A stretch of DNA of 64,000 nucleotides from Macrostomum lignano (taxonomy: Eukaryota), in the NCBI GenBank assembly GCA_002269645.1, contig NIVC01001121.1, forward strand, positions 186,001 to 250,000, given 5' to 3'. Position 1 is the stretch's first letter, and every line of letters begins with the position of its first letter. A model generated the notes under the pieces. That model saw only the letters and a program-made list of their open reading frames with translations. It ran no database searches and was not told the DNA's origin. Positions 12,297-24,676 of this stretch are shown here, in pieces. The position numbers and the translations under genes were made by a program.

Positions 12297-14597
12297 AGCT
12301 TCAACCAGACTTCAAGCTGTCTGCAGCGCTCACCAATCGCTTGACGGAAGTGATGAACGCGCTGGTGAACAATCAAACAAAGCTGGCTCGATACCTGTCC
12401 GATCTAATCGTCCGGGACTTCGGAACCCACGTGATCACCTCTGTAGAGGCTGGAGGCATTCTTGAAAAGCTGGACTTCTTTAATTCTCGTTCCATCGACG
12501 ACTCGAACTTCATGCAGAACAAGTTTTCAGCAGCAGCAAGCTTCAGCTTTCTTCGTTTTTTCAGCTCCAATATTAGCATCGGTGTTTCCGTGACGAATGA
12601 AGAAGTCACCAAGTACAAGAATAGCATTCGCAAAATGATTTTACGAACTTCGGGCGGACCAGTCCTTGGTTCGAACCCGAAGCTGGACGACTGGATCAAG
12701 TCTTTACACGAGAATCTGGTGCCGATCGATCGCAATGGCGAGCCGCTGTACAGCGTGGTCAACAGGCGCTCCCTTCCGAACCTGCCCATGACGCACATGT
12801 TGAAGCTGCGGAAGGAGATCGAGGATGCCGTAATGCGGTAAGTATTACCGAGCATCTACGAATGAGAAGCTTTTCAAGCATGCTCAAAAGAATGCTGCTC
12901 AAAAGAAGGTTTGCCATGACTGATTTCAGCTACTACAAGGCCAACACCGTCAAGGGCTGTCTGGACCCGAATTCGAGAAACTTTGACCCCATCGCCAATA
13001 CAGCCGGCCAGTGCGAGGCTCCTGGCACCAACTTCAGCTTCGCTGGCGTCTATCAGCAGTGCTGGGAGTCGAACCCCCGCGCGGGCTTCAACCTGTGCTC
13101 CGGTGCAGGCAGCGGCGTTCTGCTCAACCCCATCACGGGCGGGACCAGGTGTCCAGTTGGGTATGAGCCGGTGAGTAAATTTAGCTTTTTCAGTTAGAGG
13201 CAGAGGGTTGTGTGCACCCTGGCTCACTTTAAGAGAGGCGGCATTACTGCCCATTCCGCCGACTCCCCTGAGCAAGCACACAAGCGCATCATACATATGA
13301 AGTCATACGCACAGCACAGGAGTGTACAGCGGCCCAAACTTTATTTATTGTTAGGCCTGTACACTTCATTTTGCCTTGGAGGTTGGCCCTCAAGGGTGTT
13401 TATTGCTCGAGCAGACCCAAGCCGAGATTCCAATTTAGCCCTAAGTTAATGCGACTGCACTTGGAATCGAGCCCAGGCCGCTGGCACATCAGAGCGCCGC
13501 GCTGGGCACCACTGGGCTACGGCCCCTCGAGTAAATCTAGCTACATTTGTACTTACGAGTAGTTCGATTTAAGTGTAGGGTACAACTTTCTGCTTCACAA
13601 TAACACTCTGTCCTACCAGCGGACCGTTTCAGGCTACTTAACGATCCGTAAAGTGTTGCTTTTCCAGGTGAAGCTTCTTTCGACCGTTGGCCGCAACAGC
13701 AAGCGCTGCTGGAAGACGAAGCATTGCACTTCCTGGTTTATCTGGTGCGTTCACCACGAAGAGCGAACCCAATGCGTCGACTCGTACACCGTCCTGACTG
13801 CCTACTGGTGCACTGCTCGTCGCACTTCGAAGCTGATCTCCAACCCCGGCATGTTCTACGCAGGCGCCTACGCTGCGGACGGACGATTCCTCAACGACAT
13901 CACGCAGAGCAAAGAGTGTCCGGAGCACTTCCGGCCCTACAAGGTCGGACGCGACATCTACCTGTGCCTGAGTATGGACCTGAGCAGGGCTTCTCGCGGC
14001 AGAATCCCGTTCGCCGGGTTCTTTTCCTGCGACTCGGGCAACCCGCTGTCGGAGACAAGCGGAGGTCTGGATGCGCCGAAGCACTGCCCGAAAGAATTCA
14101 GCCAAGTGACTCTGGACACGGTCGACGGCTGCGCAATCATGCAGTGCGTGAAAGGTCGCTCCGGGCTCGCCCAGATTCAAGTGAGGCGCCCGCCATTCGA
14201 GGAGCCCGACTATGAGTTGGTCGAGCATCCCGTCACTGTCGTGAAACATCACGGCTGGCGTTGGTCCTTTAATATCACACAGCACGTGTGGCGCTTCCTC
14301 GGCTTCTTCGGCTCAGCTTCGAGCGATGACGAAACCAGCTCAATCGACAGTAGCAGCAGCTACAACAGCAGCAGCAGCAGCAGTTCTGATGCCGAATCGG
14401 CGCCCTACAGCTCTGCTCAGGAGTCCACTTCGGAGTCCGCCTCTCCGTCTCCGGCAGGTATCGCGGCCCTCGTTGGCATCATATTGGGCATCGCCGGAAT
14501 TGTCGTGCTGTCTGTGTGGCTCCGCAGGCGCTGCGCTCGCTGCCGCTCGGCTTCGGACGAAGCAGCAGTTGCCACACCGCAAGAAGCCTCCGCTTAA
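12297..14597 (+). pseudogene. MPEG1: MPEG1-like paralog B, 5'-truncated (exons 12297-12837, 12930-13170, 13668-14597)
   Basis: MACPF second half (LQPDFKL..ALTNRL...LVNNQTKLARYLSDLIVRDFGTHVITSVEAGG...SGG...LVPIDRNGEPL) spliced via CG|GTAAGT..ttcag|C to YYKANT, then P2, TM and a short tail. The start, signal peptide and N-terminal MACPF are replaced by the inverted arm. Confidence 0.85.
13187..13528 (-). mobile_element. tRNA-derived SINE in the MPEG1 paralog B intron, 14-bp TSD
   Basis: A/B boxes; TSD GAGTAAAT(T/C)TAGCT at 13173-13186 and 13529-13542; absent from the orthologous 90-bp intron of paralog A. Confidence 0.85.
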
Positions 14598-15597
14598 TCG
14601 CTGGAGCAACGCGATGGCTCTGAGACAGTCGCTGATGCAGAGGCTGAGACTCGAGGACGTGCTTTTTTATTTACTTAATTTTGTAAATGACCGTCTCTAG
14701 GAATCTGATATTCACGACAAGCCTATTGGAGCACTCATTATGTCGTAAAATTCACATTCATACACAGGCACATTCATACACATGTTCATTTGACATAATT
14801 GCACAGTACAACGCGCTTTTCTTCAATGTACATCGAGCATATATTAACTTAACCGTCACAATCTCGAATTTGATTTGCTACATTGTGTAAGCATTTTTAT
14901 TGTTTACTTTTTTGAATCGGAGCGTTTGTTCTTAGAAAATTCTTAATACCCTTTAGACTCGTATTTCCCAGGTGATCACGACTATACTGCTTGTTATCTA
15001 TCATCAGACACACAATTTTTAAACCTACATATACGTACAGCATGATTTCAAGCCCATGAGAATTGCTATAACTACTGCAAATGTGTATTGTAAAAATCCC
15101 GATTTGCGAGAACTGGTTCTGTTTTTCCTGCTTGCAATCTTAAGTGTAACCATTTTAAACTTGCGTATATCAAATATATAAAAACTATGCAGCTATCAAA
15201 TGTCAATATCTAAAAACATAATCATTATAACAAAGTTTGAGGCCTAACTAAATTCTATTCTCTAAATCCTTACAAGACACATCATAAACCCATCAAAACG
15301 CAGTCCCCATCACAAATTTTATAGAGAATGTGATTTTTAAGGTTTGTGATAACGCCCCCTTCGTTTCTGTTATCGATCGCTACATCTCCTCCCCCTCTCT
15401 CTGGCCTCTCATTCTCCTCTGCTAAGCTTTCGTGTTGCATATTATTTCAGCTTCCGTTTCGGCTTCTAACTCTGATTCATTCTCATGCACAGAATATTCG
15501 TTTTCACGAATCTTGCAAAGCCAAGTCAGATGTTCTTCATCAGAACTCTCTTCTTCCGATTTTTATTTATTTTTTCTGGCGTGGCTTCCCTTGCTTG

Positions 15598-16241
15598 TAG
15601 GGGTCAAAATCCCGGGATCCCGGGATTCACTGGGTCGGGATTCAATCCCGGATAGTTAATGCTATGTTTTTATAATGTCTGATAAAATAACAATTAGCAA
15701 GACAGTTAGGTAAAATATGGAACATACATGCATCCATGTCCACTCTCCGTTGCACACTTTGCAAAATCTTTGATGTTTGAGTTCAGTCTTGTTTAAATAA
15801 TTTAAGGTTGTTTTTAAATTTTGAACTTATCGTGCATGTCGTGACAACCTTGACAACGTGAATGCCCACTGCCTAGACAGTAGTATGTTGTGATTGTGAA
15901 TGTAATGTATACATTCATATTGCTTTGCACAGTGGTACATGTACATTACATTATTTAATATATGTTATACATAAAATATATGCATATTACAATATTGATA
16001 TTACGAGTAGTAATATACTACTATAATATTTGCTATACTACAAGTATAATAACATCACTGTTATAATATTATATATTACATTACCAGCCTAGCATTTCCC
16101 CTTTAGCTCCGACCAAAACTGTAAGCCTTATAAAAATGTCAGTCACAGCATTTTAATGACATTGTAACAATGTTACGACAAGGATGGTACTGGGAAATAT
16201 CAATCCCGGGATTGACAGAATACGGGATTTTGTGACCCCTA
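15598..16241. mobile_element. Non-autonomous hAT-type MITE with 8-bp TSD
   Basis: TIRs TAGGGGTC(AC)AAAATCCCG at both ends; flanks CTTGCTTG (15590-15597) and CTTGCTTA (16242-16249); AT-rich interior; interrupts the gypsy integrase tail. Confidence 0.8.
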
Positions 16242-17142
16242 CTTGCTTACTACTGATTGTTCTACCTTCTGCTGATTTTCCTTACTTAGATGCTTAGCTT
16301 TCTTCCGGCTTTTCTTATTTGTAACTTCTGTTACGAGTATCTCAGCGCTCTCCTGGCTTCCCTTATCTATTGGTTCTTTCACTGTCACAGAATTTGGCAC
16401 TGGCGCTATATTATCCCTATGCACTAATAACTTATTACCTACTAATTCGCCTTCTTCTTTCTGAATCTTAAAAACAACTTCTGAGATTTGCTTTAGCACT
16501 CTAAAAGCGGCTCTCTTTTTCCTATGGAACTTATTAGATTCATAAATGTTAAGCTGTGGATTATTAAATAACACTAAGCTTCCTACTTCGATAATTTTTT
16601 GCTTTTTCTGACTTTCGGCGGCGGTTCGTCGTTTGTTCTGCACCTTTCTCAAATTTTTCCTTTACTAATTTCCTAGCACTTTTTAATCTCTCTGCTGCAT
16701 GCTCGGAAACATAAGTTGGATAATTAGAATATTGCTTTGGCTCTCTGATCTCACTGTCTATGGGCAGAACCGTCTCTCTGCCAAATAATAAGTGCGGCGA
16801 ATAACCTGTAGTCTGATTAACACTGGTTCTAACTGCGACTAGGGCGGCTGGAATTAACAGGTCCCAATTGCTGTGATCCTTTTCAATTAGACACGTGACT
16901 ATCGATTTCACTTGTTTATTCAATCTTTTTACTAAACCATTGCTTTGAGGGTGTGAAGAGTTTGATCGGGTGGTGATCAGTCACCCGAAAACTGCCACTT
17001 CCAGACGTTAAGCCTGGGAACAAAATCCAGTGATCACTTTCCGGTGCGGGCTCCTCTTCTTTGTCGGGCGGGTTCTCCGAGCTCGTTTCTTAAAGGATTC
17101 TTCCTCCGGAGTAGTCTTCTTGAACTCTACAATCGGCCGAAT

Positions 17143-17510
17143 TTTTTTTTTTATTAGAGGCAGGGGGGTTGTGTGCACCCTGGCGCACTTTAAGCGACAT
17201 AGGCACACAACCGGCGAGAAGCATTACTGCCCATTCCGCCGACTCCCCTGAGCAGGCATACAAGCGCGCGGATACGTACGCAGGCACACACTCACACAGG
17301 AGTGTACAGCGGCCCTAACTTTATATTATCGTTAGGCATGTACACTTCACTGCGCCTTGGGGGGTTGGCTCTCAAGGCCGTTAATTGCACGAGCAGAGCC
17401 AAGCCGAGATTCCAATTCAGCCCCAAATTAATGTGACTGCACTTGGAATCGAGCCTGGGTCGCTGGCACACCAGAGCAGCTGCGCTACCGCTGGGCTACG
17501 GCCCCCCTTA
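17143..17510 (-). mobile_element. tRNA-derived SINE with poly-A tail and perfect 14-bp TSD
   Basis: Same family as 13187-13528; tail CTCTAAT(A)n; TSD ACAATCGGCCGAAT at 17129-17142 and 17511-17524. Confidence 0.92.
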
Positions 17511-19303
17511 ACAATCGGCCGAATGTGAGAGCGTAACAATTTACTCCGTCGACGTCGAAGTATCCTCGAGTGCCGAAATCAATATGTTCCCCGAGTGCGG
17601 AAATTCAGAATCAACGATGCGCCCTAATAACAAAGTCAACTCTATAACAATGACGAGGTCCTCTAGAAAAGGCGTCTTCTTCTAGAAATAACGGAATCGG
17701 AGTCGTGTGCTCCTATCGGTTACTCTAGGGTATCAAAATCAATCAAATCAATAATCCTCTAAGGGTATTGGAATCGGTCCACAGATCCTATCCAATCCCT
17801 TAGGAAAAGGGAGGCCTCAAATTCAATAGACTCAGTAAAATTAACTGAGCAGTAACGGCCGGCAATAACAATCGCTCTCAATAATCAAAATAACGAAGAC
17901 TTGAACAAAGCTTACCAATTGGTGTTTCTCTTCCTCAGAGATGTAGCCTCGTTTGGCTGCTCTTAGAAAGCCCAAGATCTTTGGAGGCTGCTCCGAGTCT
18001 GAGATTTCAGCTCGGGTTTTGCGTTTATATTTATACACAATTTGTCGGCCTTGAGTCGACCTTGAGCTCAAAACCGGTTTTTTGATGAGTTCACGAAAGG
18101 AATTTTATTATTTGACAGGTGGGTTTTTTTGATAGAAGTGGGTGAGACTTGGGTCACATTCAGGTTAACATTGACCATATTTGGAAGTTCTAGAAATAGA
18201 TGTTGAGAACCGGTTTTTCGGACAATAGCATAGCCACTCGCTGTTTGCGTGATGCTATTGGCATTACTAAAAACAGAGTATGACGCATAGCTATTTTTAA
18301 ATTTGTGTTCATAATTTTATCTTACTACTTCTAGTAGGCTACCATGTTTGGAGATCTCTACATGTAATATTGAGTTGTGAAAGTGTGCTTCACGTTGTAC
18401 AATTCACAGAATGCACTAAACTGCTTGTTAGTGAATGCTTTGCCGTTATCTGTATGGATCCAATGACATTGGCCACATTCACTAAACACTCTTTCTTGCA
18501 ATAGCTTAACAATTGTGTAGGCTTTTTGATTGAGCATCGGAAATGCAAATGGATACCGGGTATTGCTGTCTACTGTTGTCAGCACATACTGATGACCCCT
18601 ATTTGTAGCTAATCTATGTGTAATTGGTGAAACAGCTCACTAATTGGAAATTACTGAATCGGAGCTTGCACTTTATGACCTCTTTTACTCTCTAGGCGAT
18701 GCACTCTGCCTCTGCCACATGCTTCTCTACTGCAGCTACTAGGCCTGGTCTCCATTAAATCTCCATCGAACACGCTGAACTGCTTTATCTCTACCTAGCG
18801 GGCTATCATGCAGATCGCTAAACACTAGCTTATCTAAAGACTTAGGCATCTAAAGACTTAGGCAAAACAATTTTCCAGGTTCCTTCTTCTTCTATGTCAA
18901 CAGATTCCTTTCTAATTTCATCTTCTAATATTTTCGGCTTAACTGCTTCATTTCAACTGACTCATTTTTCTGAACTGGTGGGACTGACAGATTTTCTTGC
19001 TTCCACTCTATTAGTGTGTAGATTGCTGTATCTTCCCTTTGAGCTTTAACAATTTGCTCTCTCTTCAATGGTACTTGCAAGAAGTCAGTTGGCAATTTTT
19101 CAACTTTAGTGGTCAGGCTCAGTGTCTCTATTTTGTTGCTTTAAGCTTGAACTCGGTGCTGACACGTGCTACCATCACACCTTCTACTCCTGAAATGACT
19201 AGTGACTCGTTCCTAGATTCTGGGTCAACTGGATGCGGAGTCTGCATCTCACTTTCTCCTTCCTCTACTCTCTCGCCTACTGCAGCATTCACGCTGTCTC
19301 TCG

Positions 19304-20072
19304 GCTTCACGCCTTTTTCAATTTCACAGGCTTTCACGCCTTTTTCACTTTTACAGGCTTTCACGCCTTTTTCACTTTCACAGGCTTTCACGCCTTTTCA
19401 CTTTCACAGGCTTTCACGCCTTTTTCACTTTCACAGGCTTTCACGCCTTTTCACTTTCACAGGCTTTCACACCTTTTTCAATTTCACAGGCTTTCACGCA
19501 TTTTTCACTTTCACAGGCTTTCACGCCTTTTTCACTTTCACAGGCTTTCACGCCTTTTTCACTTCCACAGGCTTTCACGCCTTTTTCACTTTCACAGGCT
19601 TTCACGCCTTTTTCAATTTCACAGGCTTTCACGCCTTTTTCACTTTCACAGGCTTTCACGCCTTTTTCAATTTCACAGGCTTTCACGCATTTTTCAATTT
19701 CACAGGCTTTCACGCCTTTTTCACTTTCACAGGCTTTCACGCCTTTTTCAATTTCACAGGCTTTCACAAATTTTTCACTTTCACAGGCTTTCACGCCTTT
19801 TTAACTTTCACAGGCTTTCACGCCTTTTTCAATTTCACAGGCTTTCACGCCTTTTCACTTTCACAGGCTTTCACGCCTTTTTCACTTTCACAGGCTTTCA
19901 CGCCTTTTTCACTTTCACAGGCTTTCACGCCTTTTTCACTTTCACAGGCTTTCACGCCTTTTTCAATTTCACAGGCTTTCACGCCTTTTTCACTTTCACA
20001 GGCTTTCACGCCCTTTTCACTTTCACAGGCTTTCACGCCTTGCTCTGTTTCACTTTCACAGGCTTTCACGCC
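19304..20072. repeat. 27-bp minisatellite (KACE(S/I)EKGV on the pol strand) inside the degenerate gypsy pol
   Basis: About 28 units of tttcacaggctttcacgcctttttcac with 26-bp variants, lying between RNase H and integrase. Confidence 0.95.
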
Positions 20073-23000
20073 ATTCCTAATCTCGGTTGCTTCAGCTACT
20101 TCTGCCGGTCTTCTGGACAAACTGTCCGCGTTAGAGTGTTTTGCACCGCTTCTATGTTCGATATCGAATTGGAATTCGTTCAGCCGCTACCCAACATCCT
20201 AGAATCCCTTGGGCCTGTGTTTGCCTTGACAACCATGAAATCGCCTAATGATCAGTGCGCTAAAAATCGCTTTCCTATCAGATAAAATCTGAAATGCCTA
20301 CTAATGTCTACTAACGCTAGTAACTCTTTTCTAGTTATCTGGATACCGCTTTTCTGATTCCTTCATAGCATGACTGAAATATGCTATAGGCCTCTCGATG
20401 CCATCTGACTGGATTTGGCCTAGGCAGGCCCCTATGCGTCCATCACTAGCATCAGTGTCTAAGACCATTCTAACATTTTCATCGTCTACAAATTCTGGAT
20501 AGGCTAATACTTCTGTTGACATCATTCTACTATTAAGCTCCTCAAATGCTTTATCATGAGCTCTAGTCCACTTTGCCTTAGTTTCAGTCCGGGATTATAA
20601 TTAGTCTTTGAAATACCTCTTTGAGGTGTTCTAAATGATCTTCAAATTGTTTAGAATAGGTCACGATGTCATCTATGTATGCTGAATGCTTGCCAATACC
20701 AAATTCATTAGTCTTTTAAAGGTACCTGAGGCATTAGATAAGCCCCGAGCCATGACTTGGTACTCAAATTGACCTCTCGTTAATGTTGAAAATGCAGTCA
20801 TAAACTTGTGTTCCTCTTTCATCGGAACTTGCCAATAACCAGAATTTAGATCAAGGTTACTAAAGTAATGACTGCCTGTCAGATGCGAAGATGTCTCTTG
20901 AATGTTTAGGTCAGTTGCCATCTTTCTTGGCTACTATCACTAAAGGTGTTGAATAAGTCGAATAGCATGGCCCAATTAGATTTTTGGCTAACATGTCATC
21001 TAACTGAGCATCCACCTGTTTCTGAAGATGGGGGGATCCTTCTAGTCGAAATCCTAACAGGTGTCTCATCTTTTAATGAGATCTCATGCGTGACTAATGC
21101 TGTTAAGCCCATATCTGGATCATGTTGTGAGAAGGCCTCTCTATGCTCTTGTACGGGCTGAATCACTTCTTCTCTCTGTTCTGCTGTCAAGTTTTCACTA
21201 ATATCCATTTCGCTAATCCAAGTTTCACTTGTATAGATTGCGCTTGATTGACATGTCCGGTGATTGGCTGGTTCAGAACGGTTTGATCTACGTCACTGGT
21301 CATGTAGGTGAGCTCTCTGGGTCTCATTGGCTTAGCTAGACCTACTAATGACGATTTCGGCGACTTCAATACTACTTCCAATAGTCTCAATAGTCATTGG
21401 CGTGCCATAATTAGCTTCTGAATTTTTTGCTAATCTCACTGGGATTCGCAGTGCGCTATTAGGCGGAACAACTGCTCTCTCCTGAGTATACACTCGGCAA
21501 ACTCTCACTGGCAAATGAGTATACTGCATGGGGATACAAGTCCCCTCTTTTAAAATTAACATGCCTTTGGCTAAATGGGTGCTTTCACAGCGCTCCTTAA
21601 AGAATTCCATGCCTAATATATGATCGCAATCCTGACTGCACAATACTAATTCAATTTCTATCTCTAGATCTCGAACTGCACTAAAGTACTTGCTTCTCCA
21701 TCTAATTTCATTCACTGTAGTCCCATCAAATGTGGAGATTCTCCTAGTGGTTTCTCTAATCTGATTCGGTTTGAAAAACTTCGACCAAACTGATCTACTC
21801 AGAAAATTATTTTGAGCGCCTGTGTCTATTAGGAAGTCTACTTCTTGGTTTTCGATATTGCCTACTACTACTGCTTCATAGCCTGTTTGCAAGGACAACT
21901 TAAGTAGGACGCTACACTCGAAGTCGATGGTAAATGTTTTGAAGGCAACTTTTCGCCGAAAAATACACTGCAGAGATAGGAGGTTTTAATTTTTTCAGCA
22001 CAAAATTTGTTGTTGCTTTTGATAGGAGGCAGATCCAGTGTTCATCTTTTGATATGTTGTGTCCTTCTTATTGCTCTATCGATACTCATAAAGCTTTTCG
22101 TTCAGAAATAGTTTTGAAGGCAGGTTTCACCGGGAAAATACACTACTGAGATAGGAAATGTCACGATTTTCAACACTAAAACAGTGATTGGGTCTCTTAA
22201 CAGTGTCAGAGAAAGTTCTAATCACACTAGTCTGTGCCTCACATGCTGCTCTAACGACGCATTAATCGATTTTTCATGTTAAATTGGTCTGTCACTAGGA
22301 AAAATGTTTAAAATAATGACAAGATTTACAGTTTGTTTCGGTTTCAGTTTTACAGTTTGGCTGGTGCAGACGCAATTGATGCTGTCGCAGTATAAGTAGG
22401 TATTGGTGCTGGTGCAAACGCATTATTTGCAGGCACACCAAGCATGTGTCTTCTTCGCATTGGGACTGTTCGCCAACCTTCTGAATCTACACTCTATATT
22501 TACAATTAGAGGCCTTCACTTCACATTCACTTCTCCTAGAGGGTCGTGGCCTCGCATGCCGCCCTCCGTTTCCCTGTTTGCGATTCACCTGGCACTGGTG
22601 ACCTATTCCAGGCCTCATCGAGCCGCGGGGTGCTAGCAAATTGCACACCTTCCTGGCTGCGGCTGACAATATGCCGGCACTCTCAGCTGAAACCCCGGTT
22701 GCTCTGAGCTGGGCATGGCTGAGGTCTCGCCACAGATGGTGGCTTATGCGCCATCAGCTTCTTCTGCTGCTCTAGCTCACTCTTCTGCTGCTGAACTAAA
22801 TCTTGGAGCTTCTTCTCTTGCTCGCCTTCTCCCTCTTTCATCATTATAACACCTCCTTTGTGCGATAGTTGCCATGCGGCCTCAATTCGCCTTAGCATTC
22901 GTCTATAGCCTCGACTCATCTCTTCCTTGCATGCGGCCTCTAAACTCTTCTCTAAACTCTTCTCTAAACTCTGACGCATTTCCTATTCTTACCAAATCTT

Positions 23001-24676
23001 TCAATCAAGTGCAGCTCCTTGAATTCGTCATACCCTAGATCTTCTGGCAGATTGAGTTGCTGTACAGCAGCGAATGCTGTTGCTAAGTCAAAGTTGGCTA
23101 ACAATTCTGTTTTCTTATGGTTCTCCTCAATTCCTTCTGATTCACACCTCTGATCGAAAGCTGTCAACCAGATTCTAATGTCTTGACTTGGTGTGTACTT
23201 CTGGATTCTCCCATGCCTCGCCGGTCCTATTTCTAAACGATTCCTAAGTTCTTTGGCTAAAAGCGCTAGTGCGTCATTAACTCCTGCCATTTTTCACTTA
23301 TCTAATTTGCTTTCCGCTGGTTTCTTGATCCCACCGCTGCCACCAAGTTGTAGCAGGTGTAATTTTACTTATTTGTTTTATCTTACAATCTTTCACTAAG
23401 TTGTTATAGGCCTCTTCTTTTTGCCTAATTAAATTCGTACTGTCTGTCACTAAGCTATGAAAACTTCCTAATTCATTCGATTTCTTAGAAATCTCGCAGT
23501 AGCGATTAGTGCCCGAGCGGTAAGACACTGTTCTAAATTCCTAACTAAGTCCGAAATTATAGCGTTCTCCGGGGAACAAGGATGTCCAGCATCAGCTTCT
23601 TAGCTTCCTAATGCCTACTATTACTGTGCGTTAGCCTGTGCGTTTCCTTAATATGCCTATTCTGGGTCTCCTTGACCTCAGTTTCCCCATTCTAGCAAAG
23701 AACTAACAACTTAAGTCTCTTTAGCAGAGATTTCGTTTAGGCTAAAAGTCTATAGCTAAGTAAGAAGATCGGAACCGATAGCAAAGGTTGAGTTTATGAT
23801 AATATTCAATAAAAAAACCTAGAAACTAGCTGATTGGTTGGGGTGAATAAAATACGAATCTAGCTACTAGTAGTAATATAGTTTGAAAAGACCCTGCCTC
23901 TATTTTTCTCTCTGCATTTCTCGATAGATGCTGGCGAATTGCGATCTAAGCTGTGCTTCTAGACATTCAGCAGTACAGCTTAGGCTGCCACTGAAGTGAA
24001 CATAAAAAAACTGGGCATCGGGTGCTAAAAATTTGACCAAAACTGCCACTTTTAAAGATTATTCCACCTAAAGGTACCAAAATAATTGACAGATAATTTA
24101 GGAACCATGCATGCAGTAATTACAAATATTTGTCATCATGGGAAGTCAGCTATAGAGTCTGAGAATCATTTCAGTGCTCATAACAGTGCGCATTTTTAGT
24201 TCATTTTAACAAAAAAACACGTTCTTTCTTTAATGAGCCTAAAATGTGTAAAGATGTCAGCGGATATTGACAAGGACCACTAGAAGTCATCGAGTTATAT
24301 CGTCACGTCGTGATACACCGGTAGCTTCTAGTTGTCCTTGATATTGGCATGGACAGGGCCTCTGGCTGTGCTGCAATCTTTAAAAACAACCCCACTAGCT
24401 AGCCCTCTTCCAAACATCTTTGCTTCGATTGAGACAGGCTGCGAGAGATCAGGAATTGGATGCTTGAATATTAAATTTTAGTGTGACCGATTTTGTCACT
24501 CAGTTGTATTTTGCCGACACTAATTAGAGAGTCGAGCTGCAGACTGTTGCAATAACAAGAAATTGCAATATACTCAACTATATCTTGGTTTTTTGAGATG
24601 ATCTTAACTGAGAAAATAATCTTCTTCCAGCGTCACAGGGCGCGCCTCTCAAGAAACAGCGGTTGCCGTCATTCAG

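Larger units (their letters stand above)
9900..15249. repeat. 5.35-kb palindrome: arms 9900-12296 and 12859-15249, 562-bp spacer
   Basis: Mirror ORF pairs with identical translations have coordinates summing to 25155 (10558-11502/13653-14597; 11958-12293/12862-13197; 10265-10468/14687-14890). Confidence 0.97.
15346..23990 (-). mobile_element. Degenerate Ty3/gypsy LTR retrotransposon with nested insertions
   Basis: gag (22964-23290), protease (FLIDTGAQ), RT (LDLNSGYWQVPM..MARGLSNASGTF), RNase H (LDTDASD..IGACL..IAYFS), integrase (IHTDNGKAF, HPQSNGLV), with many stops and frameshifts. Candidate PBS TGGCAGCC at 23990; PPT agagagggggaggaga followed by TGTAGC at 15384. Confidence 0.9.

Noticed and set aside
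12297-12858. Missed sequencing-adapter artefact as the cause of the palindrome
   Set aside because: The centre is a 562-bp genuine exon rather than adapter, and the outer arms differ by substitutions and indels. Other chimera types are still not excluded.
19039-20285. 350-387 aa Phe/His-rich ORFs
   Set aside because: Antisense translations of the 27-bp array.
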